The position numbers and the translations under genes are program-made. From Neodothiora populina (lineage: Eukaryota), in the NCBI RefSeq assembly GCF_041146345.1, contig NW_027191411.1, forward strand, positions 1,364,001-1,428,000: a DNA stretch of 64,000 bases. Direction: 5' to 3'. The notes under the pieces are model-generated. The model was not told where the DNA came from. It saw only the letters and a program-made list of their open reading frames with translations, and ran no database searches. This document shows, piece after piece, positions 25,379-38,423 of the stretch. How positions within the stretch are numbered: the first letter of the stretch is position 1; the number at the start of each line of letters is the position of its first letter.

Positions 25379-28300
25379 ATGTCTTCAGGGTATGCAATGT
25401 CTCCCACGGCAGCTGGACAATGAGCGGGTAATGGTTGTCATCGTTATACTGACCTCTCGTCTTTAGCTCTCTCAATGACATTGTAACGCTGCTCTCGGAC
25501 ACCTTCTCACAGTCTGAGCTCACCCCTACGTCCATCGAAGATCTGAAGCAATCGCTCTCTACCCTTACATTAAAAGCCAGGAAGAATGATGTGGATACGG
25601 CGACCCGCCTCCAACATGAGCTCATCAATCTTTACAAAGGGCGTGTCGAAACAGACCAGGCCAGACTTGGCCCGTTCATGTCAGTCTTAGATCAAGTGCG
25701 CCCGCTTCTCGCCGCGGACGATGTCGTGTACTGGTTCAACAATGCCCTGCTGCCCTTTGTCCACCTCGAATCCGCTTGGAGGTCATCTCTTGACGATGCC
25801 GAGGATTTTGTCGTTCAGGCAATGGCGTATGACGACGATTCCTCTGATGCGCGCGAGAGAGCACGAACCTGTTCAACCTTAGCAGCCACTCTCCTCGATG
25901 CGTACATGTCGCGCACTGCTCTAAGCACTCCAGAATCTCAGCAGAACCCTGAACTTCCATTGCGGACCAGAGCCCGAGCAGCGCAGCAGCTTCAGAAGAT
26001 GCTTGTTGCTTTCGGCCACAAACGCGCTAAGGACTTCTTTCTCGCAATTGACAACTACCTCGTTGTTACCGACACCCGCTTCCGTGCCTTGTCGCTCCTG
26101 GCCGCTTTCCTCGAGGAACAGCAGGCCCACTTGTATCTGGTCGTGCACACTGCAGTCGTCGAACACCTGCTCAAGTGTCTCATGAATGATACCGCGACCT
26201 TAGTCGTGTCCGCCGCGCTGCGTTGTCTTATCATGCTGCTGCCGCACATTCCTGCCACTGTTGCTACCCAGCTGCCTCGACTGTTCCTTGTTTATAGTCG
26301 GTTCCTCTGCTGGGAAAAATTCAGCGCATCCAGTACCAAGGCTCAGCGCGACCTCGTGACTGACGACCGCCTGCCTCGAGAAGACGAGTCAGATTATTCA
26401 GATGACGAAGAAGACGGATCTGATCCCACCTGGACTACTCTGCATCCTCTTCCTGATATGCCTGAGTCCACCGCTCCCGATCTTCTGCATTACTTTACCT
26501 ACCTCTACGGCCTCTATCCCCTCAGCTTCATGAGCTACATTCGCAAGCCTCGCAAATACCTTAAGAATCTTGATTTCCCTGGCGCCAACGAATTCGATCT
26601 CGACCAAGCTGTCATCCGAACCAGAACCGAGCAATTCCAGCGTCTTCACTTGCTGCACCCGAGCTTCTTTAACGCCACTGTAGAGGATGAAATCGCCGAG
26701 AATCGATGGTTGAAAGCTGAACCATCCGAGGTCATCGCCGAATGCCTAGGGCTATACGTTGGTCAAAGACCTGCACTCGCCAGTCCGGGACCACCACCAA
26801 CAAGTGACTTGCCGGCGCTGCCGCTTCTGATGACTCTTGACCAGCCCAGAAAAGATGTTCAAGCTGATAGTGATGCGGACCCGACGACCCCCGTTTCTCC
26901 TGCTGCATCCCACAAATCTCAGCCCGGTCCGTCGCCCGTCAAGGAGACGTCATCGCCAGACACTCCTGTGGCCAGCTCACAATCCACAGCTATCTCTCTC
27001 ACACATGATGTCACTCAGCTGCAGCGTGAATTGATGTCACTACGCAACGAATTGACCTTTGAGCGTTATCTGAAGCACCAGCACGTCGCAGCGATCGGCC
27101 AACTGCGAAGAAATCACATCAAGGCAGTCACAATCGAAGCAGAAACAGCCACACTCATCAATGCCAATCGTGCTCTTCGCAAGAAGCTTGGTGATGCCAT
27201 CAGGTTCAATGAGAAAATGCAGAAGGAAACACAAGCTCGGAGGACACACACGAAACAAAGCGAGGAACAGCTCACTGCCAAGATTCGTTCGCTGAAAGCT
27301 GATCTCACAAACCAGGAAGCCCTACAACGTGACCTTGAACAAGCGTCCAGAGACTGCGATCAACTGCGCTTACTGCTCGTCGAAAGCGAAGCTAGAGAGC
27401 TCAGTAAACAAGAAGAACTTGAGTCACTCCGAGGAAATGCTGACGAGGTAGAACGACTGCGGGCCGAGTTATCCGAACTTTCGAGACAAACACGTATGCA
27501 CCGACAACGCGAACTACATGCTGAAACAACTGAAGCTGAGCAAGAAATGACAAAGCAGGAACTGGACAGCACGAAGACTCTTCTGAAAAACCGGGAACTG
27601 GAGCTTGAACGAGCGAAGCGGATGTTTGAGACCAGGACGACCGAACTTGTGGCACGCTTGGAGATGGTCACAAGCAACCACGATAATGCTACCATAGGGA
27701 CGGAGACATCGCCTTCGACAGCGGAGATGGAGACAATGCTGGCACACGCCCGCGCGAAACTCACGCAGACTAAGAGAGCATACGCGCAATTATTGGATGA
27801 TTATACAGACCTCAGGATCCGTTACCAAGAGCTCGTAGCTGGTGTCAATCACCGTGAGCCGAGGATGCCCATGGAATTTCGTCAGCGCAAGCCCAGTCTG
27901 GCGCAAGACTACAACGCACTGGACAGAGGTGGCCAGGATTACGACAGAAACAACATGGATCCCATGTACTATAAAGATCGCCGTTCTTTCGAGTCTCCAA
28001 ACATCTACGATCATCAACGACTTTATCCACAACCTTCTGCGATGATGCCTGATCACCGTCTCAACCCGCCCATGCCATCCGGGCAATATCAGCAACACAT
28101 GATGGCCGGAGGCCCGCCTTTCCATGGTAACAGCAACTTGATTAACGATGGATATTCACAACATACCGCGGCTTGGGGCGCAGCTCCTTCTTCCACATCG
28201 GATTACGAGTCGGGCGCACCGTCGATGATGCGAGAAGTCAGCAAAAGCGCCTTTAGTGTCTCGGAGGACGGACGTAGCTCGATATACAGCAAGAAAGGCA

Positions 28301-28496
28301 AAAGTAAGCCGGAGGTCCGAGTGGTATATGGCAGAGGTACGTCGGCCTTTTCTTTCTCTTGTCGTCGAGCATGTTGTGGCGAGTGATATGCTGACATTAC
28401 ACAGGTGGAGCACAGAACATGAAAATCAAGAACAAAAACAAGACGGACAAGACCAGCAAATCGGGAGGGATTCTGGGGATCAAAGGTATCATGTAA
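25379..28496 (+). CDS. TSC1: Hamartin / Tsc1
   Basis: Micro-exon MSSG, intron 25390-25466, then HLLKCLMNDT, LPRLFLVYSRFLCW, YFTYLYGLYP, HLLHP and a coiled coil (LRNELTFERYLKHQH..IGQL). A final intron precedes GGAQN..GIM*. Confidence 0.92.
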
Positions 28497-29054
28497 TACT
28501 GTACGATTGGGAAAGGATACAAATGGAGAGGGGAAACAGAACCGATGTCACTACGTCGACAAGGATACAGACAGACGGGTGATATGCAGATATTGACGTG
28601 TACAATACAATTATTTTATTTTCAAAGCAGCTTGAGAGTTATGATTCAAGTCCCCCGGTGTTTCAGGGGTATTGCGAGATACTTCACTCGCGTCTCCGCG
28701 TACGTACCCGCCTCACACTTGGCAGAAATTGACCCTCCTCGACGAATTGAGACAAAAAATGCATGAAAGTCGATCAGGGGCAGTCGGCTATCGCACTTAG
28801 CCTGCTCGAAGGCACGACAGCCTTTCGCTTCTATTTTGTCCTTCATCATAGTTTGGACAGGGTTTCCCTATATCTTGATGGCTCGCTGTACCGCGAACGA
28901 CGACAGCTATACGTGAGAGGAGAGATCAAAGTGTCGTGGCTTTCTCCAACCTCTATTTTCCGCTGCTGCGTCCACTCAAGTATGTTGTACTAGACAGACA
29001 GCACCTGAAGCCAACTTATTTCTCGAGACTTTGTCGTCCTTTCGCAATGACACA

Positions 29055-30013
29055 CTAGCCTTTCAGCAGCCTCATCGCCTCCTCGGACGGAAGAACCAGA
29101 ACCTATCTCGCACAACACATCAGCCCACGAATTCCTATTCCAGACATCCATTCCCTCTAGACCGGAACAGAAAACAAGTAAGAAGAAGTAACATACCTCC
29201 CTCTCAGGGCCCCACTTCATGCCTAAGAAGGTCGTGAAAACCAGCGCAGCACCATCATCGCGACTCCCATATTCCACAATGGAAAACTCAGGCAAAGGGC
29301 CGATGACGCCTGATTTGTCCCGGCGAAAAAGTGTACGGCACGTGGTTGACGCGGACTTCTGTGCCTGGGCGGCGCAGGCGCAGGAACCAGAATGTTTCTT
29401 GTTTGGTCTGCTTAGATTTGGGAGTCAGGGGTGTAAGGCAGGTGGCGCGGGTGTGGATTGCGTCGTCTTCGTCGGTTTGGTTCTCGGTCCTGTGACTATC
29501 AGCTCCTTTTCCTTCCTGTCACACAAGACCGGAGGGAAAGAAACAGAAGACCTACAATCCCAAGCCTACACCCTCCCCCCGGACCTCAGGCCCCCTGCTA
29601 AACCTTCCCCCCCATCCATCCCTCCTCGCAGTCCCACATCAGACAATCTTTGCCCCATCTTGGAACCAATCCCTCATGCCTAGCCGCGTGCGATGACCCG
29701 GGCGCTGGTTCGTGTACTCGTGATACACCTGCTGCACGGCTTTCGACGCCGCCTGTTTCAGGTTCGTCGTTTGGGTCTGCGTCGTGGTTACGCTCCAGGG
29801 GGAGGAGAGGAATGGGGCCGGGGGCGTCCAGACTTTCAAGGGGGGTGATGAGGAAGAAGAAGGGGGGTGCCACAGGTGTTCGGTTGTGCTGGGGTTGGGT
29901 AGGGAGATTGGGACAGGGGGTTCGACGGGGGCCTTTTTGGTCTTTTTGCCTCGCGCGGTGGAAGTGGATGCGGTGGGGGGTTTGCGCTTCTGCGTGGCGC
30001 GTTTGGGCGGCAT
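29055..30013 (-). pseudogene. Spliced hypothetical gene interrupted by an in-frame TGA (29639-29641) and possibly a +1 frameshift; pseudogene, recoded gene or assembly error
   Basis: Starts MPPKRATQKRK. Good splice signals: GTAGGT donor at 29555; GTATGT..GCTGAT..TAG intron 29196-29103. Protein-like downstream exons (FWFLRL..VRVN, VIGPLPEFSIVE). See findings. Confidence 0.55.
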
Positions 30014-30938
30014 CTTATGCTATTGCTGGGGTGAAGTGAACAAGTATTGGCAGGACTGAGGTAGTCAAGATGGAAATGATAGGTCAAAAGCCTCTGTGAG
30101 GATCAGGTTGGAAGAAAGGGAGATTCTGCATCGCAGTAAGAGGAAAAAGCACTCCTCTTCTACCTCTTTCGAGTCACAACAGTCTCCTCAAGAGGGGATG
30201 GACATAATCAATAATAGGACATGACTTCATCTCCCACCTCTACCGAGATTGCTGTTCTCGACTTCATAGCTCGAATAAGAGCATTCCTCGAATCACTTCG
30301 ATCGTCGGCTGAGTGACGAACCAAGCGGGATCGATGCCTTTGTCTGGGCGAGCTGGAGGTAATCTGCGAGGCATGTAACGTTCGTCCAGTCCATCTTGTG
30401 ATTTCGAGGGCGTTTATTCATTCCTTTGTTGGTTTCCAATGTGGACTCGATGAAAGGTCGTTTTCGGCGAGATATGGTGACCTGGACTGTTTCCTTCGGA
30501 CCCCTGTGTTCCGCCTATCGAATTCAGCAGATGCCTCTTGTGAAGTGTGAGGGAGAAAGGCAGCAGTGAAGACATAGTTCAATCGATTGAAGTGCAGAAA
30601 AAGGGAAGAATTTTGTTTTGAATTAAAAGATCAATATCAAAAACTAGCATAGCCACCTCAACCGAATAATGTCAAAACACGTTCATGGACAATAAAAACG
30701 TGTATGCATGCGCAGCGCTCCCCGTGGGTATTTGTGATGGACGATTAGGTTTAAAAAGCAGCAACACCATGATTGCCTCCCCCCACGCCCGACTGTCCCC
30801 TTTGAAAATGCCATGATATCCAGTTGATCAGAAACGAAACATAGCCAGCACTGTTCCATGTAATGACACTCGAAATGACTTCAACGCCATGATTCCATGC
30901 GCCTTATGCAACTAAAAAATAAAACGTCCAGATCTGTC

Positions 30939-33008
30939 TCAGACCTTGCTCTCGTCGTGTTCGCCATGCATCCTGAGTCGGTACAGACAAGTGTAGCTCT
31001 TGCCCCAATTGTTCTTCACTTTGACCACGGCCTTGTTCACCGAGCCAACAAGGTCGGACGCGCCCAGCGCGAAGTTCTGGATGTGATTGGGACCGTGAAT
31101 GCTGTAGCTGCCTTTGCCAATGCAGACATAGTTCTTTCCAGGCTGCTCTCCGCAGCCATGCTCGTCGATTCGTGCAATGTCTGAGATAAAAGGCATCTCG
31201 GTGTTGGTGACCCAAACCTCAAATTCCTTCGGCGCAGCCCCGATATCAATGGTACCTCTAGCGGGGATATGCTCGATGGTGATGCTGGTGGGGACAATGG
31301 GAAGCGGCATGAAGACGCCGACCTGGGCTTTGCCTTGGACATCAGATTCTGCCGCACACCAACAGTCTGTCGCCTCGTCCCATCGCTGAAGGATCTTGGA
31401 GGGTGGGTGAGCCTTGGGGGCGGTGGACAGATACTGCTTGAGGATTCGTTTTGGAAGCCACAGCTTCTCGGCTTCAAAGGTTGGCGATGTGAGATAAGGA
31501 TCAATAGCGGCACCGAAGCCATATGAGAAGTAATTAACGGTTTGAATGGCAAGGTCGGTGTTGCGCGCAAGATTGGCGAGTGCGAGATTGTAAAGCATGT
31601 TAGAGCCTTTGTCGCCAGCCGGAATTGCTTTGATCATGTCGACAGTCGTGCGAGACGCCATCTCGCTGGCAATTTGCTCTACGCGCTCGATGAATAGTCT
31701 CTGATCGATGACCTGCTGGTGCTGGCTCAGGGCCTTTGAAACGCTGGCTCCAGCAGCCTCATCCAACTTGGCCTTGTTAGTGGAGATGAAACCATCCCAA
31801 GCAATTGCAGAACCTTCGTCGGCCAATCTCTCGCGTAGTGCAGTCCAGAAATTTGGTGGTAGGTCCCACTCGCCGGTAGCGGCGTCTTTGCGAACCATCA
31901 TGTGCTCGGGAAGTATTTCTTCCAATTTCTGAGTGGCGAATCGAAATTCCTTGCCCATACGGCGCACATCCCTCTCCAAGTTCTCCACGCGATGCATGAT
32001 GCTGAGGTCGTGTTTGCCAAAGGAAGACAGCGAGTCCACGAACCTTCCGCCGATTGCAGAACCTCCCGAGATGATAGCGTTCAGTGTGCTTGGACACAGA
32101 AGCAGTGCGGCTGTGAGGACCAGCACGCTCGCAAGAAGGCCATTCTTGGCCTTTGGAGAGAGCCTAGCGAATGAGACGAAGGGCATCTGCACCCAGCGTA
32201 GCAGAGTCTCCCACAGGACTGCCAGGCTCCATGGTTGAGCAGCCTCGATTTCTTCGCGAGTTGGAGGTGGGTCCAGAGTCGTGGCACGAGAGAAAGGACG
32301 TTCCGCGAAAGAGCCGGAGTAGTCGAACTGAGTATCAAGATCCGTATAGCTCGGGTATTGGGTAACATCCGAATTACCAAGTGGAGGATCGTAGCCGTTA
32401 GTGGAGTCTATGTCAGCATGAGAGTTGATGACTCCTTCACCGTGATGAGGCTTGGTGGTAATTCCTCTAATCTGGCGGTGGTGCGCATTTGGACTTGCAG
32501 TGCCTGAAATGCGGATTGTATCGGCTGGGATCGCAGAGGGGCGCGCAGCCGGGATTGGATCGCGTAAGTTAGCGATGCGTCTTCTTCCACCATCTTCACC
32601 GCTCATCTGATTGTCTTCATAAAGCTCGTGTCCAGCATGTTCGCCCTCGGACTCCTCTGCTTCAGCAAGTTCATCTCCCGAGACTGGTTCGCTGTTCTCA
32701 CGATTGAATGCTCTATGGACACCCTTGTTGGTCAAATCGCGACCGACTGCTGCGGCACGGCGTGCGCTGAAAACCTCCGCAAAGCCACCCTCGCCACCAG
32801 ACACATCAACTTGAGTCTCTAGGGACACCCTACCACGTGCTCCATAAGCATGAGACGTCGCCGTTGGCACAGCCGGCAGAGGCGCAGCCTTTGGAGTTCT
32901 TGCGCGGCTACGACGCGCGGGCTGGCTCGGTGCTGGGGTGGCACTGCCAGCGCGAGCAGATGTCGCACGCGTAGAACGACGGGGCGCTGGTGTTTCAGTC
33001 ATGACCAC
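30939..33008 (-). CDS. sad1: SUN-domain nuclear envelope/spindle pole body protein (Sad1/UNC-84 family)
   Basis: Disordered N-terminus, TM helix, coiled coil, then SUN domain (VNYFSYGFGAAID, DCWCA, ITIEHIP, APKEFEVW, NNWG..YTCLYRLRMHG). Confidence 0.9.
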   Translation of the reverse strand: MVMTETPAPRRSTRATSARAGSATPAPSQPARRSRARTPKAAPLPAVPTATSHAYGARGRVSLETQVDVSGGEGGFAEVFSARRAAAVGRDLTNKGVHRAFNRENSEPVSGDELAEAEESEGEHAGHELYEDNQMSGEDGGRRRIANLRDPIPAARPSAIPADTIRISGTASPNAHHRQIRGITTKPHHGEGVINSHADIDSTNGYDPPLGNSDVTQYPSYTDLDTQFDYSGSFAERPFSRATTLDPPPTREEIEAAQPWSLAVLWETLLRWVQMPFVSFARLSPKAKNGLLASVLVLTAALLLCPSTLNAIISGGSAIGGRFVDSLSSFGKHDLSIMHRVENLERDVRRMGKEFRFATQKLEEILPEHMMVRKDAATGEWDLPPNFWTALRERLADEGSAIAWDGFISTNKAKLDEAAGASVSKALSQHQQVIDQRLFIERVEQIASEMASRTTVDMIKAIPAGDKGSNMLYNLALANLARNTDLAIQTVNYFSYGFGAAIDPYLTSPTFEAEKLWLPKRILKQYLSTAPKAHPPSKILQRWDEATDCWCAAESDVQGKAQVGVFMPLPIVPTSITIEHIPARGTIDIGAAPKEFEVWVTNTEMPFISDIARIDEHGCGEQPGKNYVCIGKGSYSIHGPNHIQNFALGASDLVGSVNKAVVKVKNNWGKSYTCLYRLRMHGEHDESKV

Positions 33009-34987
33009 AGCTGCAGGAGAAGCTGGATTGAGTGTATTGTCTGTAGTGATATGTTCGGCACTCTGGTGAAGGCCGGTGGGTGCTTTTCTCCAAGGAAAGC
33101 TGTTCTACAAGTTAGCACGTCAAGCTTGTGAGAATTAAAATGCACACGCCACGGACCGGCAATTGCTGTTAGACGAGTCCGTCTCTGACATGGAAATTGA
33201 ACAGGTGGGTGTTGCGAACAAGGTACGTATTCTTGGACCAGCCAAGAAAGAAAAGGTGTGAGAATGAGGAAATCGTGTGTGACAAAGAGAAATGGACAAA
33301 GACTGGAAGGGTTCAAGTAATTGAACTACATGGCAAGTGAGTGGCTGGGAGGATCAATAGGTCACGTCTTGCTATTGTAGATTCATTGAGAGATGCTATT
33401 GAGGAGATGTAGGCAAAGGAAAGCAATATTTCACAATATTATTACCAACTCACTTCAATACGATCTGAATAAGAATACTGAGCGTAGTCGTGGTATGACG
33501 GAGGCTTATAGGCTGTCACAGCATATGTTTTTGACCAGAAATCGAATCTCGATTGTGGTAGATTTTTGAGGGAATCAAGTAATTGCACGCGGTGCGAAAG
33601 CGCGAGGAAGGTCTCGAACGCGTTGCGGCACAGTCAGTCTTCAGTAACTCACCTCTCAATGGCGAATAAAAGAGAGCATAACACTTCAAGTCCTCGGTAA
33701 GACGGAGTGTTATGAACTCTCCCAGCGTGCACTTCTGTTTTCGTATAACATTCCACGGAGTGAGAGTGAGTCTGCATGCGCAGAAATGAGGACGACGACA
33801 ATAACAACAACATCAACAGTACAGACAGTGGCCGGCCCCCTTTCCTCGACTTTCTCCAGCAGATGTGAAGCTGGTCTGTGCGCCTGTAGACACCATCCGC
33901 ATTGGGGTAGGTCGGATGGCGGCAAGGTTTTAGTCAAGAAAATCGACTGCCCCTCCCAATGTGCGTGAAGTTGGGATGACGAATGACAATCTGAATGCAC
34001 AGGAAAGCTCGGAAGGATCAGCTCGTGATTTTAAAGAAGAGCGAGATCATGGTTACATATGCAGTAATGAGTCTCCAGACATGTTGTTACAGTATCTCGC
34101 TTCACAGTTTTGAAAACTGCAGGGTCCAGCATGGTACGTGATACAGTACTTATACTTACTGTCCCTGAAGGTAACAGTAGCGTTTTGATGCTTCGATTGT
34201 GGATGCTGGGGTGTACTGCACCTTATCAGTTATCAGGGTTGAGAGCCCACGTGCAGACCATGCTCGGATGGATGACGGACAGCGAAACCAAATATTTCAC
34301 TGGTTTGGCTGGTTTCGCATGCGCTCGTCGTCGTCATTAGGCTGAATTGTCGGTGGAAATTTGTTCTCCTAATCGCACCGTCCGCACCTCCTTTATGTAA
34401 CACCCCGGGGGCATGGGGTACACTTAGCGTACGATCTTCAAACAACGTGCGAATGTCGCTTATTCGCGAGCCATCGCAAGCTGTCGCATCGCGATCATGC
34501 TTCAGATGCGCCCTGCTGGCTTTTGGCCACAGTCTGACGCCCTCAATTGCGCCGTGCAGTGCAAGAGGCAAGGGAAAAAAAAAGAGGATACCAGAGAATA
34601 AGCGAAGGAAGGATTCGAATCTGGCAGAATAGCAGAGAGTCTCTCGTCACATGTTGGTGACGAGACGAGAGGGCTCCGGAAGAATTAGACCCCTGGTACG
34701 CGCAGCTGGTCATAAGATAAAATCCAAGTACAGTGCTATGCCCCACATCAGCAGTTGTTGCGATCAACAGGCGCGTTTCTGTATTGTACATCCCAGCGGT
34801 TTCTAGTAGTACCTTAGTAGTAGTGAGCCAAGGTACAAGTACATATCCCGCCGACTTTCTTCGTGTTGTTTCGTCTGGGTCTCACTTTTCTTTCTGCTCC
34901 AAGTACCTGACCTTTAGTCTTCGTCCTAAGACAGTCTTGAGCACTTCTGTCAATCCAAACAGAGTCCACAACCACACAACCTTAATC

Positions 34988-36319
<1,332 letters not shown>

Positions 36320-36942
36320 TATGGGGATGTGCACGGCAGCTGCAGCTTGACGCGTTCCGGAAATGCATATCGCGAGTGTTGATCAAAAAGTCCGAAGTGG
36401 GACAGGCCGCATCCTCGCGATCAATAGCACGGACTTGTGCATGAACGAGACGAGATGCTGACCACAATGACGATGAATATCATGTAAAAAGGTTGGATAG
36501 ATTATTGGGGAGGGCTAGGATTCACCATGACCTTTGGAAGGTTGTCTTCTTTTTTCTTCTTCGTGGGTACCAGCTTCCAAGTACCATTAAATAATTATCA
36601 ATTGTTTGTCTCCGAGTGTTGTTGTATTATTGTTTTGTCTACCTCAAGGTACCTTTACCTTTACTTTGGTACAAGTGAAAGTAAAGTGGTTTAAATTGGA
36701 CCACGTGCTTCCGCGTTGGTCTCTTAGCCAACCACGTCCGAAGTAATCGCTTTTCATGTCGTCATCGCTTTGAAGGGCCATTAACTGCTACCGTAGACAG
36801 TGCAACACATTGTATTTGTTCGCATTCTGCGATCACAACTCCCAATCACCACATACCGATATGCTACATCACTCAACAGCATTCAACATCAATCATTCAT
36901 CAGCCTAGTCACAGCAATTGTTACAATCACAGCAAGGCAACA

Positions 36943-37705
36943 ATGCCCCCCAAGCGCAGAACTTCGACTCCTCTCGCATCCGCGCGCAGCAGTCAACGAG
37001 CAGCGCAGTCTACATTATCCTTCCACAAGCAGGGCCCGAATCGCGTCACCAAACCCGGAGCAGCCCAGCGCAATGTCATAGCAAAAAAGGAACCCACACT
37101 TTTAGATGAAGTCATTGTGGATGACGAGCAGTCGGATGCAAAGTCACCCACCACAGCGCAAGCCGCGATTACCGAGCAGGCCGTCTCCGTAAAGGCTGAA
37201 TTGGATGATGCCTTGCAGTCAGGACCGGTCCGCACCGAGGACGTGCTGGGTGGCAAAGCAACTGCGGATGATACTGGAGCAGTAGGTGGGCGGAGTGGGA
37301 GCGGTTGGAACGGAGACGAGGAAGCGCGAGCGAGGAGGGTCACAGATGCACAGATCAAGAGATACTGGCAGACGAAGGAGCGCGAGAGAAAAGCACCTCG
37401 GGTGCACCAAGAAGGCCTCAGTGTGCAGGACAAACTATTACGTGAATGGGACATGAGCGGTCAATATGGGGTGAGTCGCAGTCGCCATGAGACACCTTCC
37501 GTTATGGGATAACGTGGACTAATCCTCGCTCTAGCCATGCATCGGAATCGCCCGACTCAAGCGTTGGAAGCGAGCAAACATGCTCAACCTCGACCCTCCC
37601 ATCGAGGTCCTGGCAGTCCTGCTCAAACAAGCCGACAAAGGAAGTGTCAATGTGCAAAGGGCTTACGTTGACGAATTAATGAGCTCGAGATTCATCGAGA
37701 CTTGA
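36943..37705 (+). CDS. POLD4: DNA polymerase delta subunit 4 (Cdm1/p12)
   Basis: QSTLSF PIP-like motif; LREWDMSGQYG|PCIGIARLKRWKRA..L.PPIEVL across intron 37471-37534. Confidence 0.9.
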
Positions 37706-38423
37706 CGAGGTTACCTAGTCTGATTCCTTTGTCGTAATGAAAAGGCTTGTATTCATGATTCATGGCCTGGAACAAATTGGGGAGGACTGTACCTGCTGGA
37801 TCGTGTTTTACTTGTCGTCTATGACGACAAGATCACGGAGCGGGTGAATGGGAGAAGGGTGACAGGCGTTCCGGTTGATATTACAATAGTGACAGCACAA
37901 ATACCAATCTTCACGCCCAAGGGGAAAGGTGGCGTGGCGGGCCGTCAAATGGCGATCCCAGAAAATCAAAGAAATCCATGAATCAAAACGCAACAGACAA
38001 GACTCGCCGCCTGTGCTGGGAAAGTGGCTGCCATATAAGATGGGCGGCAAGGCGTGACGCCGTTTGGATGTTTGAGGAAATATGAATAATGGCGTTGAAC
38101 TATCGGAATAAGCCCCGTGCCGGATTCCCTTTTGGCAAACAGAAATTATGTGGGAACCTTTCTGGCAGTAATTCCCCATCGAGACCATCTTGCAGTAGAT
38201 CGTGGTCCTCTGTTGGATTCGCGTGACGATCCAGTCCTATTTTCATTGGTATAGTGCACGACTAGAGCGACGTGCAATAACCACTTTCGTTCAAAAAGCA
38301 AGGAGAAGCAAACGCTGTCTCCGCACCCCTCATTTTCGAAACCCCCGCCCGCAGCGACATTTGCGGGATCGCAAGATCCATAATATCCCATCACAGGCAG
38401 GCAAACCTCCAAGTCCAGATCCG

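Noticed and set aside
29636..29641. Selenocysteine codon (TGA-TGT)
   Set aside because: Ascomycetes are not known to have Sec machinery, there is no selenoprotein-like context, and I recognised no SECIS element.
38105..38292. RNase MRP or U1 snRNA on the minus strand (CACGGGGCTTATTC, ATAATTTCTG and ATTGCAC motifs)
   Set aside because: The partner GAAAGTCCCC (MRP P4) and the U1 5' ACTTACC are missing, and the G-U pairs favour the plus strand.
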